DNA of 64,000 nucleotides from Azolla caroliniana (Eukaryota > Plantae > Polypodiophyta), in the NCBI GenBank assembly GCA_043228905.1, contig JBHGNT010000021.1:9982001-10046000 (forward strand). The letters run 5' to 3'. Made by a program: the position numbers and the translations under genes. A model generated the notes under the pieces. It did no database searches. It saw nothing but the letters and a program-made list of their open reading frames with translations, and was not told where the DNA came from. Shown one piece after another: positions 21,360 through 36,500 of the stretch. Within the stretch, counting starts at the first letter, position 1; every line of letters starts with the position of its first letter.

Positions 21360-24300
21360 CTACACTAAGAACGACGATGGTGGCGGAAACAACCAACGAG
21401 GTGGAACGTAATTCCACTTAACATCATCACCTGCATCCAACAAAATAGGAATAGCTGCCCAGACTCTACTAATTCTTCTTCTTCTCCGGTTAGCTCTATT
21501 TCCATAACCCTTATAACTATCATACTCACCTTTTACTATATGCATCACTAATTCCCATAAGGTCTTAACCTGATCCACAACATGAATTTGTTCATCGTTG
21601 TATAGTTTGGAACATCTCGCTTTCCACAAAACCCATAGGGCCAAAGAGAAAACAATCTGCCAAACATAACACCGTGAGAAGAACTTGATTCTCGGTACGG
21701 AGGTTGTAATAGAGTACACCTAAAAACTTTTTACCTATAAAGTCAATGAAGAATTATGATAATGATAAAAAGCCTTTTGCTGATCCAACGTTCCCCAAAA
21801 TATTGCACCCCACGTGAAAATGGTTGACCTATACTTACGACCTAATAACCTAAGAATTTGAAACCAAAAACTTTTGGCCGCAACACATTCCCAAAAAACA
21901 TGATGCAATGTCTCAACTGCAAACCCACACATAACACATGATCTATCAGGCATTGTTCCCCTCAATAAACCTCCTATTGGCAAGGCATAATGAATCATCA
22001 ACCATCGAAAATGTAATACCTTATTCATACACTTAAGTGACTAAAACTATTTCCAGAACTTCAACATATGCGAGGATGACACATTACCTGCCTCCCAATA
22101 TTTTTTCCCCCCAGGTACCGATTCAATCTTATTCAAACAAAAATTCCTTCCAAACGCCACTGAATATGTGAAGAATGGGAGGACCTTCGTTTGCGAAGTG
22201 TCAGATCTAGACAGCTTCCAACCATAATCAGACGGATCCCAATGCAAATCAGCAATTGGCCTAGATTGTAAAACCCAAATATGAGATGAATATTTAGCAA
22301 TTAAGGGATTAGGATCTATAAAGATCTTTTTATCTAATCAAGCAATTACTCGCACTGGTAACTGATTTGCAGAAGAGATAATTGGAGCCTCCTCCTCCAC
22401 TAAAAACAGTCTACCATTATCCAGAACTTCATAAAAATAAAGGCTGCCATTTTGATGGTATAAACGAGCTCCTATAAGTATATTAAGAGTCGAAAACATA
22501 CCATACCAATTCTGAAAATGGTCGAATTTCATAGTTGGCATTGTTACCTGAAATACCGTGGACACTTGATAGAACATAATATTTGCCCCTCTTAAATTAG
22601 ACAACCTATTCCTCTGGTCCTGCGCCGAAGTCTCCAAAAACTTTAGCCACTCCGCAACCATACGAGCGGGGCTACTATCCAATGCCGCCCAAGATAACCT
22701 AGGTCGTAAACCCAAAGCATATGTAGCTTCATCAGTAAATAAAGGATTCCATAACAATGGTTAATGCATGAATTGAGAATGAGTTTTTGGTGGCAAGAAA
22801 ACAAGTGCTTGACGAATACTTTCCCATGCATGACTAATTCCATTAAAGAACCGTAAAGACCCAACAAACGACTTAGGTAAAGGAAAATAAAAATTAAAGA
22901 ACCATATAAGACTATCCCTCCATTGACCACCTATCGATGGCTTAAACTTATGTAAATGAAGAATCCATAACTCCTCTCCAAGCAGTAAACTTCTAACAAC
23001 ATGTTTTGCCAGTAATGCCTTACTTTGCATTAAGGGATCAATCAAACCTAAACCTCCTTTCTGTTTAGACTGTATAAGAACAAACCAAGCGAGCTTTGCT
23101 ACAAGAGTGTGTGAACTAGCATTCCCCCAAATAAAATTTCATAGTAGACGTTGAACTTTAAGCATTATTGACCTAGAAAACAACCATGTAGATGCAATAT
23201 ACCAAATCGAGGACAAAAGCACCGAATTTGCAACAACTACATGTCCTGCTAAGGACAACTTTTCCTTATTCCAGTATATTAACTTATTTCTTAATCTTAA
23301 CAACAAAGGCGCTATCATATCTTCTACATTTAATCCCAAACCCACTCTACATCCTCGATACCTAATAGAATGACATGTATGTATCCATGTAAATCTTGAA
23401 CTAAATACATTAATTGGCGGATCTCCCTCAGCCACCCAAAAACCTGATGATTTATCCTAATTAATCAATGCACCCGATGCATGTGAGAATTCATCCACAG
23501 CTTTTTGAACCTGCAACAAATTAACTTGTGAGGCTTGAACATAGAGAGATGTATCATCAGCAAACTCACTATCCACGCCAACATCTGTGAATGGTATTGC
23601 TAAACATTTGATATTTACATTATGAGAATTTAAATGTACAAAAAACGCTTCAGAAATTAGTAGAAACAGAAAAGGAGCAAGTGGACATCCTTGTCTTACA
23701 GATCTTGAAATAGAGAAACACCTACCAACATCCCCTACAAATAGAAGAGAGTTGTGTGCATTACGATATAGTGTTGAAACTCCTCAGATCCATCTATTTG
23801 GAAAACCCACCCTGAGCAAAGTACCCTCCATAAAATCCCAATCCACTCTGTCATAAGCTTTCTCAAAATCAAGAAATAACACTGCCAAATCTTGCTTATG
23901 TAGTTCAGTGAAGGCAACCATTTCCCAAAAAAGAATAATATTATAAAAAATACACCGTTCTTGCATAAAACCAGTTTGGGAAACATGAATTAACTTAGAA
24001 AGGTAGGTTGTAGACGTCTACCTATCGTTTTTGCTAATATCTTATAGATAACATTCAACAAAGTAATTGGTCTCCAATTTTGAAGCTCCTCTAACTGGCC
24101 ACTTGATTTGGGAATCATATATATTAACCCCTCATTCCAAACTTGTGGCATATTTCCAAAATCTAAAATTTGTTGATAAGCTTTGGTCAGTCCCTCACCT
24201 ATCAAATCCCAATACTTTATATACCATTGAACCCCCAACCCATCCAATCCAGGACAAACATTCTTTGCTAAGGCCTTTGCCACTTTCAGAGTCTCTTGAG

Positions 24301-25708
24301 GGATTAATGGTTTCAAAAGACATTCTGAAAGTTGTATAGATACTCTACTTTGAATCCTTGACCATACAATATCCCATTTAAACAAATCATCTCTAGAAAA
24401 GGATCTAGCCTTCAACAAATTTTCATAATAATTCGAGGCTATTTGACGCATCTGACTAGGATTGGTGGTATAAGAGCCATCATGACATTTTAAACAAGAA
24501 ATCCTAGCAGTCGGCTTATGCTGATTATGCATTGCAAAAAATGGTTTATTCACTTTATCTCCAGACTCTGCCCATTCAAAAAGTATATTATAATAAGTAA
24601 AATCAGCTGAAACTTTTTGTAATTCCAAAATCTAATTCCCTACTTGTATCACTCTAGATCTTATATAAGTCGAATATGGGCTTCTCTCTTGGAGATGCTG
24701 CAACGACCGCAATCCACTACGAAGTCTTCCTATTTTAGTTAAAGATGCATGAAATACTTGTTTAGCCTTACAGTGAAAGAATTGTTGTATTTCAATAATA
24801 GCCTTCTAAACACTAGATAAAGCAAAATCATAAGAATAATCATACTTATTCCATAGATTGTAGAGATTAGAAGCCCAATCTTAGTTAAGAACCACATGAT
24901 TCGGAATTCTAAATCTCGAAGTTTTAGACTGGTCTTGCAAGATTATAGCTAAACGAAGTTGTGCATGATTCGAAAAGGAGAATGAAGGAAGGATTCCAAT
25001 GAACCCTCCGTTGTCCCATAAAAAATTATCAGCATAGAACCTGTCTAGCCTAGACAAATTGGTATTTGACTCTCTTCTATCTGATCTTGAATCAGTGAAA
25101 GAATCTTGCATCTTTACAAAAGAAGACACTTGCCACAAGTCCATAAATCCCAAGGAAAAAATCAGATGTTCCCATTCATATAATTTTGAACCAGATATTG
25201 TATGTGGTATGCCTCCTAACCTATCACTCACATCCTCCAACATATTGAAATCACTTGCAATCGCCCAATGGTCCACACTAGGTACTTGTGAAAGTATGTT
25301 TTTCCATAATATCACTCGATCTCTTGCATGGTTTGGTGCATAAATATTCATGAGACCCCACTTTTTCAATCCTATTTGAAAAATTACATATTGACCTCGA
25401 CCACATGTCAAGACTCCATAATGCAAGAAGGAACCCAACCAAGTATCATTTAATGCAATGCAAAGTCCCACTTTCAAACAATTATCACCAACTACAGGCA
25501 CCCAAAATTGTCTCCACTTGCTTGGCATCATATTTCCATATTTTTGAATCCTTTGCTCATTTAAATGATGCTCTTGAATAAGAAGAATATCGATCCTACC
25601 TACCAAAGACTTTCTCAACTGCTGAAGGAAAACATTCCTTACTTTACGACAATTTTTGCCTTCTAAGCCCCGTACATTCCATGAAATAATATTTAACCTA
25701 TCCATCAA
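21360..25708 (-). pseudogene. LINE ORF2 (APE endonuclease, RT, zf-RVT), disrupted
   Basis: IISWNVRGL, IQEHH, NIYAPN, SDFN, SRLDRFY; WRPITLLNVIYKILAK, LDFEKAYDRVDW, RQGCPL, FADD; CVMCGFAVETLHHVFWEC. Confidence 0.93.
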
Positions 25709-27133
25709 TCATAGTTTTTCCCCCTATTCTCCTTTCAGCAAGTGCGACATCTCTACCCTTCCTTCCATCCTCTGAGGCTCGTAATTGTCTCTTATTAGCC
25801 CAATGGTCTTTCCCAATCACCTTATGTGAACACACTGGCATGTGCTTATCTACCCTATCCGAAGACCTAGCAACATAAGTGAAATCACCTATATTCTCAC
25901 TATCCATGTCAACATTTACAAGATCTACCTTGATCCCTTCATTTTGTTTAACATCATTCACAACTAAGGACATATCAATCTATTGTACTTGATCAAAAAC
26001 AATTTGTTTACCCTTATTAGATTGCTTATTAACCTTTGTAACATGTTCCAACTCTTGTACCTGTAAAAGGATGTCCTGTAAATTCTGTTCCACTCGTTGT
26101 TCCTTTGTAGCATCCACTTTCTTACTACATCCTTTTCCACTTCCTACAACAAATGATAAGGGTTAGCTTCGAGTAATAACAATGGGTTAACCAATTTATT
26201 TGTCGTCTTGAAAACATGTTTTATAGAAACTAAAGACCAACCATCATTATTAGCAGCTGATCGAGGTGGTGGATGGGATTCAACATTTGGGCATCGCTTC
26301 TGACACTCTCGACCTAAATGACCAAACTGACGACACACAAAACATTGGTTAGGCAAACCTTGATAATACACATTTTGCATAACCAGAGGTTTATTGGTAA
26401 GCAAATTAGGTAAAGAAATCATTGTTGGCAAATGAACACTTCTTGGGGCGATCACCCTAACAACTGGAACTCCACCCACTCTATCTGACCCAGAAGCTTG
26501 TCCATCACGTGTAGCAATGACTTTTCCTAACAAAGCCCAAATGTGAGGAAGAACATTCCTCCACTCTTTCCTCAAACCGGGGAATATCGTCATAAAGATC
26601 ATACTAGACTCCTGATCTTGCACAATCTCGTCTACCTTAATATTATGTGACCATTTATGAAAAGAAATCCACGCACCTTCCACGCCTGCCTCCTTAATTA
26701 CGAATAGTTTGCTAACCGAATCCTCATCTCCAAATTCCACATGATAACATCCTCTAGACATAAATTAAATGTTGAGGATGTTAGCTATTTCCTCTGAAAT
26801 AGCAACATATAAGATATGTCGGAGTTCCGATCTATTTGGCCGCGAACCCTAGACTTGCACTACCAAGGAGACTGTCTCCAGCCTATGAACTTCTCCCAGT
26901 ACGGTGTATTTATCCTCCTTTGACAGCAAAAGGTTGACTAACTCATCACTCAGATGAGGCGACTTTTGGGGGGGTGCACTGGACTCCCCGGCTTGCGTGT
27001 ACAGGCCAACCGAGAATGGTGTATGCAGTTGTTCTGTAGTCAACCTGTTGTTCGTGCTATTCGATCCTCTCGCGGAGGCAGCGCTGTTTGCTCCATCCGT
27101 GACCTATTCGACATTCGTCACTGCGCTCTTCAT
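25698..27133 (-). pseudogene. LINE ORF1 (DUF4283-like region plus zinc knuckle), disrupted
   Basis: YQGLPNQCFVCRQFGHLGREC knuckle in 26144-26761; ATG at 27133, 11 nt inside the TSD; overlaps the ORF2 start. Confidence 0.8.
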
Positions 27134-27154
27134 TGTCTCCTCTCTGATGGATCT

Positions 27155-30100
27155 AATTTTGCTTTGTGGAAGGATCAGATGCGTGATGTATTGGTTCAAA
27201 GAAAGCAAATGAGGCCCCTAGGCGACAAAGCGAAGAAGCCGGATGACATGGATGATGATGATTGGGAGGAACTTGATGCCTTGACCATGTCCGCTATAAG
27301 ACTGCACTTGGCGGATAGTGTCTACTTTACTGTTTTAAACAGCAAAAATTCCGAAGAACTTTGGAAAAAACTATGCAATACCTATGAGAAGGAAACTACA
27401 GCTAAGAAGGTGTATTTGATGAGGAAGCTATATGACCTTTGTATGAAGGATACGGATAGTGTTGCATTTCATTTAAATCAATTTGATGCATTATGGTCAT
27501 AGTTGCAATCTCAGAAAATGACCATGGATGATGAGTTGAAAGCTGTATTTTTGCTATGCACATTGCCTAGCTCATGGGACACATTTTGCACCGCTATTAG
27601 CGCTATGTACCAAATGCGAAATTGGTGTATAATGACATAAGTGGAGCACTATTGGGTGAAGAAATACGTAGGAAATCTATGGTTTCCTCACAAGTTGGAG
27701 AGGCATATAATGTTCGAGATTCTGGTCATGGCAAGAACCAGCAACGTGGTAGAAGCCATACCAGAAATAGTCATGGAAATCATGAAAAGAGTAGAAGTCA
27801 ATCTAGGAATAGACTTATGGAATGCCATTATTGCCACAAGAAGGTTCATATCAAAAAAGACTATTATGACTGGAAGAACAAAGAAAGGGAAAAGGGTAAA
27901 ACTCATGGTGATGGGCATGTTAAACAGTTGATGGGTTCATCATCTTCAGTGAAGATAGAGGAAATAAATGTCGCATTCGATGATGGTGTTGACATCTTGT
28001 TCACGGATGATGATGTTACCTATGTTGAGGCTAATATTGTTCATGTGCTTGGTCATACATGGTTGTTAGACTCTGGTGCTTCATTTCATGTGACTCCACA
28101 TAGAGAGTGGTTCACATGATATGAAGCTAAACCACTTGGTACATTACGACTTGGAGATTCACATCAATGTGATGTGATTGGCATTGGAGATGTTATGGTA
28201 CAATTTTCTGATGGCTCTCAGTTTACCGTACAAACTACGCCATGTGCCTGAGCTAACTCGTAGCTTAATGTCTGTTGGACAGCTTGATAACATTGGCTTT
28301 AAAGTGACATTTGCTTCCCAGTCCTTTTGTATTACGAAAGGAAATATGGTTATTGCCAAAGGGAACAAAGTTGGTTCACTTTATCCTTTAGTTGTCCATA
28401 AAAAAGAGCATCTTTTGACAGTCACAGAATAGCCTATGACTTGTATTTGGCATGGCCACTTAGGTCACATGTCTCATAATGGAATGGAAACTCTATCACG
28501 TTTTGGCTATTTACCTGTGTTGTCATTTTCAAAAAAATTTGTTTGTGAGCATTGTCAATATGGTAAATAAACTAGAAGTGTGCATCAAAATATTAATTCT
28601 GATTCATCTACTCAACCCTTGGATCTAGTTCATACAGATGTATGTGGCCCTATGCCTACTAGATCATTGGGTGGAGCTTTGTATTTTGTGACATTTATTG
28701 ATGATGCCACAAGAAAGGTGTGGTTGTATCCCATAAAGGGAAAGGGTGATGTATACCCCATTTTTAGAAAATGGTTTGCCTCGGTGGAGACCGAAAAAGG
28801 AATAAAGCTTAAGGCGTTACGTTCTAATAATGGAGGTGAATATACCTCTCATGAGTTCAGAGAATTTTGTGAGTCTGGAGGCATACATAGAGAGATTACT
28901 ACCCCTTACACTCTGGTACAAAATGGTGTGGCAGAAAGGATGAATAGAACCATCTAAGACAGAGTTGTTTCTATGTTGCATCATGCAAATTTGCCGCAAG
29001 GTTTTTGGGCTGAAGCAGTTCGAATAGCAGTCCACGTGATAAATCTATCACCTAGTACTGCCAAAGGCTTGAAAGTGGCACAAGAGCTGTGGACAGGAAA
29101 AACCCCAAACTATGATCATCTTAGGGTATTTGGATGTGAAGCGTATGTTCATGTTCCAAAACAATTAAGGCAAAAACTAGATTTTAAGAGCAAAAAATGT
29201 ATTTTCCTTGGCTATGGCGTAGATGGTCAATTTGGATATTGTTTGTGGGATCCTGAAATGCGCACTATAGTTAGAAGTAGTGATGTCATTTTCAATGAAA
29301 AGATTATGCATAAGCAGCCAATTAGGAAGTGGAAGTGAGGAAAGTGGCATTTCAAGATGTTACACCCTCTATTAGTGTGCAAAAGAATAATTCCACACCT
29401 ATGTCGAACAGTCCTACAAATGTTCACCCATATGAGGATGTTCAAAATGAGGATGCATGTGTACAACCTGAAAACAATCCGACTTCAGTTCAGCAACCAG
29501 TGAGATGATCTACTTGTGTCTATAGGCCACCTGCTAAGCTCACGAACAATGTGATGTTAACGGATGCAGGTGAACCCTCTTGTTATAAAGAAGCTATGTT
29601 GGCTAGTGATCATGCTAAATGGGAGCACGCCATGCAAAGTGAATTGGACAGTATTTATAAGAATGGTACTTGGGATTTAGTACCTTTGCCAAAGGACAGG
29701 AAACCATTGCCATGCAAGTGGGTATACAAGTACAAGTATACATCTTATAGTGTTTCCCCAAAGTATAAAGCATGCTTGGTAGCCAAAGGTTTCAAGCAAG
29801 AACATGGAATTGATTTTGATTAAACATTCTCTCCTGTAGTTAAGATGACTACATTATGTATGTTGCTTTCATTCGCTGCAACTCAAAATTTGGAATTAGT
29901 CCAAATGGATGTGAAGACTGCCTTTTTACATGGGGACCTTGATGAGGATATTTATATGGAACAACCAGAAGGTCATGAAGTCTCGGGAAAAGAACATTTG
30001 GTATGTAAACTCAAGAAGAGTTTGTATGGGCTTAAGCAGTCCCCTAGATTGTGGTACCAGAAGTTTGATGCTTTTATGAAGACTCAAGGATATACTAGAA

Positions 30101-31124
30101 GTAAAGAGGATGCATGTCTTTATACGAAAACTTGTTCAAATTGGAGTTTTATCATGTTGATACTATATGTTGATGGCATGCTTATTGTTGGTAAAAACAA
30201 GGATGAGTTATCCTTGTTAAAGAAAAACTTGGGCCAGAATTTTGACATGAAGGATTTGGGAGATGCAAAACATATTCTTGGTATGCGTATTACTCGTGAT
30301 AGGAGTAAGCGATGCATTTACTTGTCTCAAGTTGAGTACATATCGAAAGTGCTCAAGAGGTTTAATATGGAGAATGCAAACCCGGTGAGCACTCCATTGC
30401 CTACATATGTAAAACTGAGCACATGTGATTGACCCACATTTATGAGGACAAGGAATTCATGTCCAAGGTTCCTTATCAATCCGCAGTTGGGAGTCTTATG
30501 TACGTCATAATGGCTACTAGACTAGACATTGCATTTGCAGTTGGAGCAGTAAGTCGATTCATGTCAAATCCTGGTAAGAAACATTGGGATGCTGTCAAGT
30601 TGATATTGAGATATCTTAGTGGCACTAAGGATAAGTGCCTTTATTAAGGTAAAGGGGATGTCTCTACCATTGGATACACATATTCAAATTATGTTGGATG
30701 TGCTGATAGTAGGAAATCTACTTTAGGGTACATCTTTCAGATTATGGGAGGTGTTATTGCTTGGAGATCTCGTCTTCAAGATTGTGTCGCATAGTCAACT
30801 ACAGAGGCTAAGTATGTTGCAGCCAGTGAGGCATGTAAGGAAGCAATTTGGTTGTCTCGATTAGCTAGTGACATGGGTATACCGCAACATGCACCTATAT
30901 TGTTTTGTGATAGTCAGAGTGCCATTCCTTTGGCTAAGAACTCGGTATATCATGTGAAGAACAAACATAATGGAGTGCGATACCATTTCATTTGAGAATG
31001 CGTAGCTAATGGTTGTATTAGCCTTGAGAAGGTTGTTTCTCGCGAAAATGCCGCAGATGCATTGACCAAGGCCTTACCACAAGATGTGTTGGAGCATTGT
31101 TGTTAGTTGATGGGCATTACTTAG
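27155..31124 (+). pseudogene. Degenerate gag-pol of Copia A
   Basis: UBN2-type gag, CHYCHKKVHIKKD knuckle, WLLDSGASFH, VHTDVCGP integrase, QMDVKTAFLHG RT, YQSAVGSLMY, RNase H; many stops. Confidence 0.93.
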
Positions 31125-31253
31125 TACCTTACATTACACACTTGTCGTGTACATTGTGTAACATGCCCATCAGGTGGGAGGTATAGGTCTAGGTCTTGTA
31201 CAGGTCATCCTTCCATTATTTATACTCCTAGTTTAGGCCTTTTAGTGGGACAA

Positions 31254-31503
31254 TGTTATACATGTACCCCCGATACATCCTAACTGTGAAAAGGCCAAAA
31301 CTGGTCTTCCACTTAGTAGTGTGTGGAGAGAGAGAGAGTTAGTGAGTGTGAGCAAGTGAGTGAGAGTTTGCTTCCTCTCTGTGGTTTTTTCCCCCTTTTC
31401 TCTGTTGTAGAGATTCACTACCTCTTCCTCTCTCATGTAACCTCCACCCTCCTGTTGTATTGAGAGTTGTCTATTGAATCCCTTTGTTGCTCCACCCCTG
31501 TTC
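31254..31503 (+). repeat. 3' LTR of Copia A, first part
   Basis: Matches 2933-3175; follows the purine tract; interrupted by Copia B. Confidence 0.9.
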
Positions 31504-31782
31504 TGACAGGAAATATGCAGAATATTGCTCGACCACAACCGAGTCTTAGGATCAACCACAGAAAGATGGTAATAGGAAGAAATGCACGTATACACACAAA
31601 CAATAGAGCAAGAGAAAGTACACAGGATGTTTACGTGGAAAACCCTAAACGGGAAAAAACCACGGGAGCCCACTAGCTCCAATTATCACTATGTAGAGGG
31701 AATACAACAGGAGGAGCACAGAGGCAACGACCTCGTGCTCTCAATATTTGCCTGACGACAGTTACAACAGAGACATGCTCTG

Positions 31783-31863
<81 letters not shown>

Positions 31864-32137
31864 CTATTTATCTATCTATCTATCTCTGTTACACTCTGTA
31901 CAACACTTACACCAATAACTCTATACAAAATAATGACAACACTTTGATATTGTTTGCCCTAGGTCATATTTATACTAATATGACTTTCGGGCTATTTACA
32001 AATATAGCCCCAGTGGGCTCTCTGGAACATATTTACATATATGTCCCTTCATCCGGTGAGAGGTTCTCACCAGGCCTGCAACATCCGGTTCTCACCGGGC
32101 CTTCATCATCCCATCCGGAGGGACCGAAATCCTAACA
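31504..32137 (-). repeat. 3' LTR of Copia B with (TC)n(TATC)n microsatellite
   Basis: Direct repeat of 41970-42626 with a few substitutions and indels. Confidence 0.93.
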
Positions 32138-32147
32138 AACTCCCCCT

Positions 32148-33106
32148 TCACTCCAGCATGGAAAGTTTGGTTAGTCCAATTCGCTTCCGGCATTCGTCCA
32201 GCTTGTCGGGTGTCAGCACCTTGGTCAACATATCTGACCCATTCTCCTCCATGTGGATCTTCGTCAGCACGAACTCTCGATCTTCCACTCGCTCCCGGAC
32301 CCAGTGGTACCTCCGTTGGATGTGCTTCGTCCTGGAATGATATGCCACGTTCTTCGCAAGGTGGATGGCACTTTGACTGTCGCAATAGAGCCGGTATTCC
32401 TCTTGCCGGATCCCAAGCTCTCCGATGAAGTCCTTCATCCACAGTATTTCCTTGCCGGCTTCCACAATTGCCATGTACTCCGCTTCTCTTCTGCAGCCTT
32501 GACTACCACAAAATAGCTCCCCCTACATATGTCATGATGTATCCGGATGTTGACCGGCTGGTATCCGCATCAGCCAACATATCTGAATCGGTGAAACCGT
32601 CAAGTTGGGGTTTACTGGAGCCGAATCGGAGACACATACTTGAGGTGCCTTTCAAGTACCGGAGTATCCATTTTACTACATTCCAGTGCTCCTTGTCAGG
32701 ATTGCTCATAAACCGGCTCACCACTCCGACTGCGTATCCGATATCCGGTCAGGTACACACCATTGCGTACATTAAGCTCCCGACAGCAGAGGCATATGGT
32801 ATCTTCATCATATCCGCCTTCTTTGCCTTCGTCTTCGGGCTTTGCTTACCGGATAGCTTGTAGTTTGCCGAAAGTGTCGATCTGACCAGTTTCGCGTCTG
32901 ACATGTTGAACCGCTGAAGCACCTTTGTCACGTACTTCTCCTGTGACAGCCACAATTGCTTCGTTGACCGGTTCCAGATGATATGCATCCCCAGTATCTG
33001 TCTTGCCGGACCCAATTCTTTCATTGAGAAGGTCCGGTTCAGGGCCTTCTTTAGCATCCGTATCTTGACTCGGTCTCGTCCGACGATCAACATGTCATCC
33101 ACATAA
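32148..33106 (-). pseudogene. Copia B pol 3' part (RT end, RNase H)
   Basis: VDDMLIVG, YASAVGSLMYAMVCT, FTDSD, CDSQSAIHL, RTKHIQRRYHWVRE; frameshifted. Confidence 0.9.
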
Positions 33107-33235
33107 TGTCAGGAACTCTATTAAGGCAGAGAAGGAATTAGTACTAAAAGAAGGATTAGTACTATTGTTGGGGAATAGTACTAAGACAGAGAAGGATTAG
33201 TACTATGAGAGGTGTCGAACTTTGAGAGAAGGAAT

Positions 33236-33283
<48 letters not shown>

Positions 33284-33573
33284 TGATGCGAAAGATATAT
33301 GTATTATATGACGGAAGATATACAACAGTAGTTAGAAGGCTTAAGACTGGCGTTGAACCGATTTGGTTCGAACTAATGCCTTGCGCCTCCTTTTATAGTG
33401 TCTTCAGGAATACTCCTGAAGTTTCTAGAATGTTCCAGAGAAATCTGGAATATACATCAATTTCCCAATAAAACCTAAATGAAAATAATATCCTTCAAAT
33501 TACAATTCATACCCTAATGGTAAAGTCTCGACCCGTGTAACAAAAGGTTATGGGTTCGAGTCTAGTTATGACA
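33107..33573 (-). repeat. 3' LTR of chromovirus B
   Basis: TGTCA...TGACA termini; direct repeat of 38409-38869. Confidence 0.95.
33510..33564 (+). promoter_or_regulatory. tRNA-like Pol III A-box/B-box module in U3 (second copy 38806-38860)
   Basis: TACCCTAATGGTAAAG ... AGGTTATGGGTTCGAGTC at tRNA spacing. Confidence 0.6.
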
Positions 33574-36500
33574 CTATCCCCCCTTTAAAACGACGAGTTT
33601 CACGAGTCGTTTTGGATTGAGGACCCGGTTTCTCGGGATATCGTCGATGGAAGTCTTCTAGAAGAGCACGAGCATTGGTCACATTCTCGATCGGTTCCCA
33701 AGTACGCTCGCTGGGACTATATCCTAGCCAATCGACTAGATAGTAGAGCTTGTTGCGAACAATCTTGGAATCGAGGATGGCAGCGACCTCATACTCAGGT
33801 CCATCTTCAAGCTCGATAGGAGGTGGAGGTTGTATAGTACGTCCTGGGATAGTGCTCTCGTGATAGGGTTCGAGGAGAGAACTATGAAACACCGGGTGTA
33901 TCCGAAGTTGTGGAGGTAGCTCGAGACGAAAAGCGACATCATTAATCTTCCCGATAATACGGAAAGGACCTAATCGCCGATAATCCAACTTCTCACATGG
34001 GCGAGTAGTCTTGATGTGTCGTCGTAGCAGCCACACCCGATCTCCAATGTTAAAACTGGATGGAAGTCGATGACGATCTGCGTAGTCCTTGTGTGATTGT
34101 TGAGCTTGCTGGAGTTGAGTAGATAAATCCGCTTGTATCTTGCGTAACCGCTCCAAACGATCCTCCGCGCAAGGATTTGTGGACACTTCTGGGGTTTCAA
34201 GGACACACCACCGGGGATGATATCCCGTATAAGCGTAGAATGGCGTGACTTTAGTCGATGCGTGGATAGCGTTATTATAGGCAAATTCGGCGAACTGAAG
34301 AATATCTGCCCAGTCATTCTGATGATAGTTGAGAAAGCACCGCAGATACTGCTCCAGTGTTTGATTTGTTCGTTCGGCTTGACCGTCGGTTTGTGGGTGG
34401 TAGCCGGAGGAGAGGTTACAAGTGACCTTCAGCATTTTAAAAAGGTGCTTCCAGAATTTTGACACAAACTGGGGTCCACGATCGCTGATGATATTATCAG
34501 GGAGTCCATGATGCCGACATACTTCCCGCATGACAATTTCGGCGGTGTCTTCACTAGATATTTCTTTAGTACATGGTAAGAAATGAGCCATCTTCGTATA
34601 TCGATCCACCACTGTGAGAATCGCACTGAATCCCTTAGAGACTGGAAGATCTGTAATGAAGTCAAGAGCAATGGATTGCCATGGCTTGCTTGGAATTGGT
34701 AATGGTTCTAATAAACCATATGGATGATGTCTTGGCATTTTCGCTCTGCAGCATGTATCGCAAGTCCGAACAAAATCTTCGACAAATTGTCGCATATGGG
34801 GCCACCAGAATGATCGTTGTACTAAATCTAATGTTTTAGTACTACCAAAATGTCCTGCTGTATATGTGTCATGGCAGTTTTGTACTACTCGAAGGCGGCA
34901 AGAACCATTAGGAACATACAAAAGTTCTTTAAAGAAGAGTAATCCATCACAGTATTTGAATTGCCGATAATCCGTACCTGGTGATTGTGATTGTGAACAT
35001 GACGCTCGAGAGGGGTCAATTTGTGCTAGTATAGCTTGGGCGAAAGCGTCAGTCTTCAAGTCCTCACGTATAGTATTGGTAATGTCGGAATCCACGGGCA
35101 TGTCAAAGACCTGTGCTGCTTGCAGTCGTGCTGGACCCAAGATTACTTGCTTCTGGTTATCGAAAGCTGGCTCACCGGGACGTGGTGTTAGATACGAACG
35201 CCGTGATAATGCATCTGCCTTCCCTTGGTGCTTCCCCGGACGATATGTAATTTTGAAGTCGAAGCGTGTGAGGAAGTGGGCCCACCGAGCTTGACGTCGA
35301 TTCAGTACACGAGCATCTTGAAAGTAGGCAAGGTTCTTGTGGTCACTGAATACAGTGACCTGATGAGGAGATCCCTCCAGGAAATGCCTCCATTGCATAA
35401 AAGAATCAACTATTGCTAATAGCTCTTTATCATGAATTTCGTAGTTGATTTCGGCGGCGTCAAACTTACGGGAGTGGAAAGCCACAGGATGTAGCTTCTC
35501 GTCGTTACCCTGTTGTGACAGAATGCTCCCCAATGCGAAATCCGATGCATCAGCTTCGATAATGAATGGTTTTTCCGGATCCACATGACCTAAAATTGGA
35601 GCTGATGTAAACGCCTTCTTAAGACTCTCGAAAGCCATGTCCGTCTCTTTAGACCACATGAATGATTGTCCCTTCCTGGTGAGCTGTGTGAGAGGCAGCA
35701 CAATTTTTGAGTAATTTTGTATGAACTTCCGGTAGAAATTTGCAAAGCCTAGGAAGCATTGCACATCCCGCACCGAACGCGGAGTGTGCCATTCTATCAC
35801 CGTTTTGACCTTGGCTGGGTCCATAGATATGCCTTCTGAGGAGATGACATAGCCGAGAAACTCCACTTGGTTGCACCCGAAACTACATTTCTCTAACTTT
35901 GCATACAGACCATGTTCTCGAAGTCGTTTTAGTACTAATAGTACATGAGAATCATGTTCTTCTTGGGTCTTTGAATAAACCAGTAGATCATCCAAATAGA
36001 TGATCAAAAAATCATCCAAGAGATCTCGAAATATATCATTCGCCATGTGCTGGAAGACTGCCGGCGCATTAGTGAGTCCGAACGGCATGACCGTATACTC
36101 GAAGTGCCCATATCTGGTGCGAAACGCGGTCTTCCATTCATCTCCTGGTCGGATCCGTACGAGGTTATAGGCTCCTCGTAAGTCTATCTTCGTGAAGAAC
36201 CTGGCACCGTTGATCCGTTCTAAAAGACTTGAGATAAGGGGAAGAGCATACCTATTTCTTACTGTGACCTTATTCAAGCCACGGTAATCTACAACGAGTC
36301 GAAGCGAGCCATCTTTTTTCTTGACGAAGAAAATGGGTGCGCCGGCTGGAGATTTCGAATGCCGAATGAAACCGTTCTCCAAATTCTCCTCTATATAGGC
36401 TCGAAGGACTTCTAGCTCGGTTGGTGACAAATTGTAGATCGGCCCCCATGGCGGCTCTTTTCCCGGTTGTAAGTCGATGGCGCAGTCGTACGGCCGATGA

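Larger units (their letters stand above)
5598..27144 (-). mobile_element. Full-length L1-like LINE (about 7.5 kb without the nested Gypsy), inserted in the first codons of Copia A gag
   Basis: 10-bp TSD TGATGGATCT at 5588-5597 and 27145-27154, poly-T at 5597-5606. Removing it restores gag GKDHIQIRIFDGSNFALWKDQM. ORF1 and ORF2 remnants at 21360-27133. Confidence 0.9.

Noticed and set aside
33095-33110. Targeting of RT YVDD motifs (chromovirus B lands in Copia B LYVDD; the filler removes Copia D YVDD)
   Set aside because: Two events by different mechanisms; coincidence cannot be excluded.
33238-33471. MRERERE... ORFs (also 38540-38767) and the SLSLSL ORF at 42214-42624
   Set aside because: Translations of LTR microsatellites.
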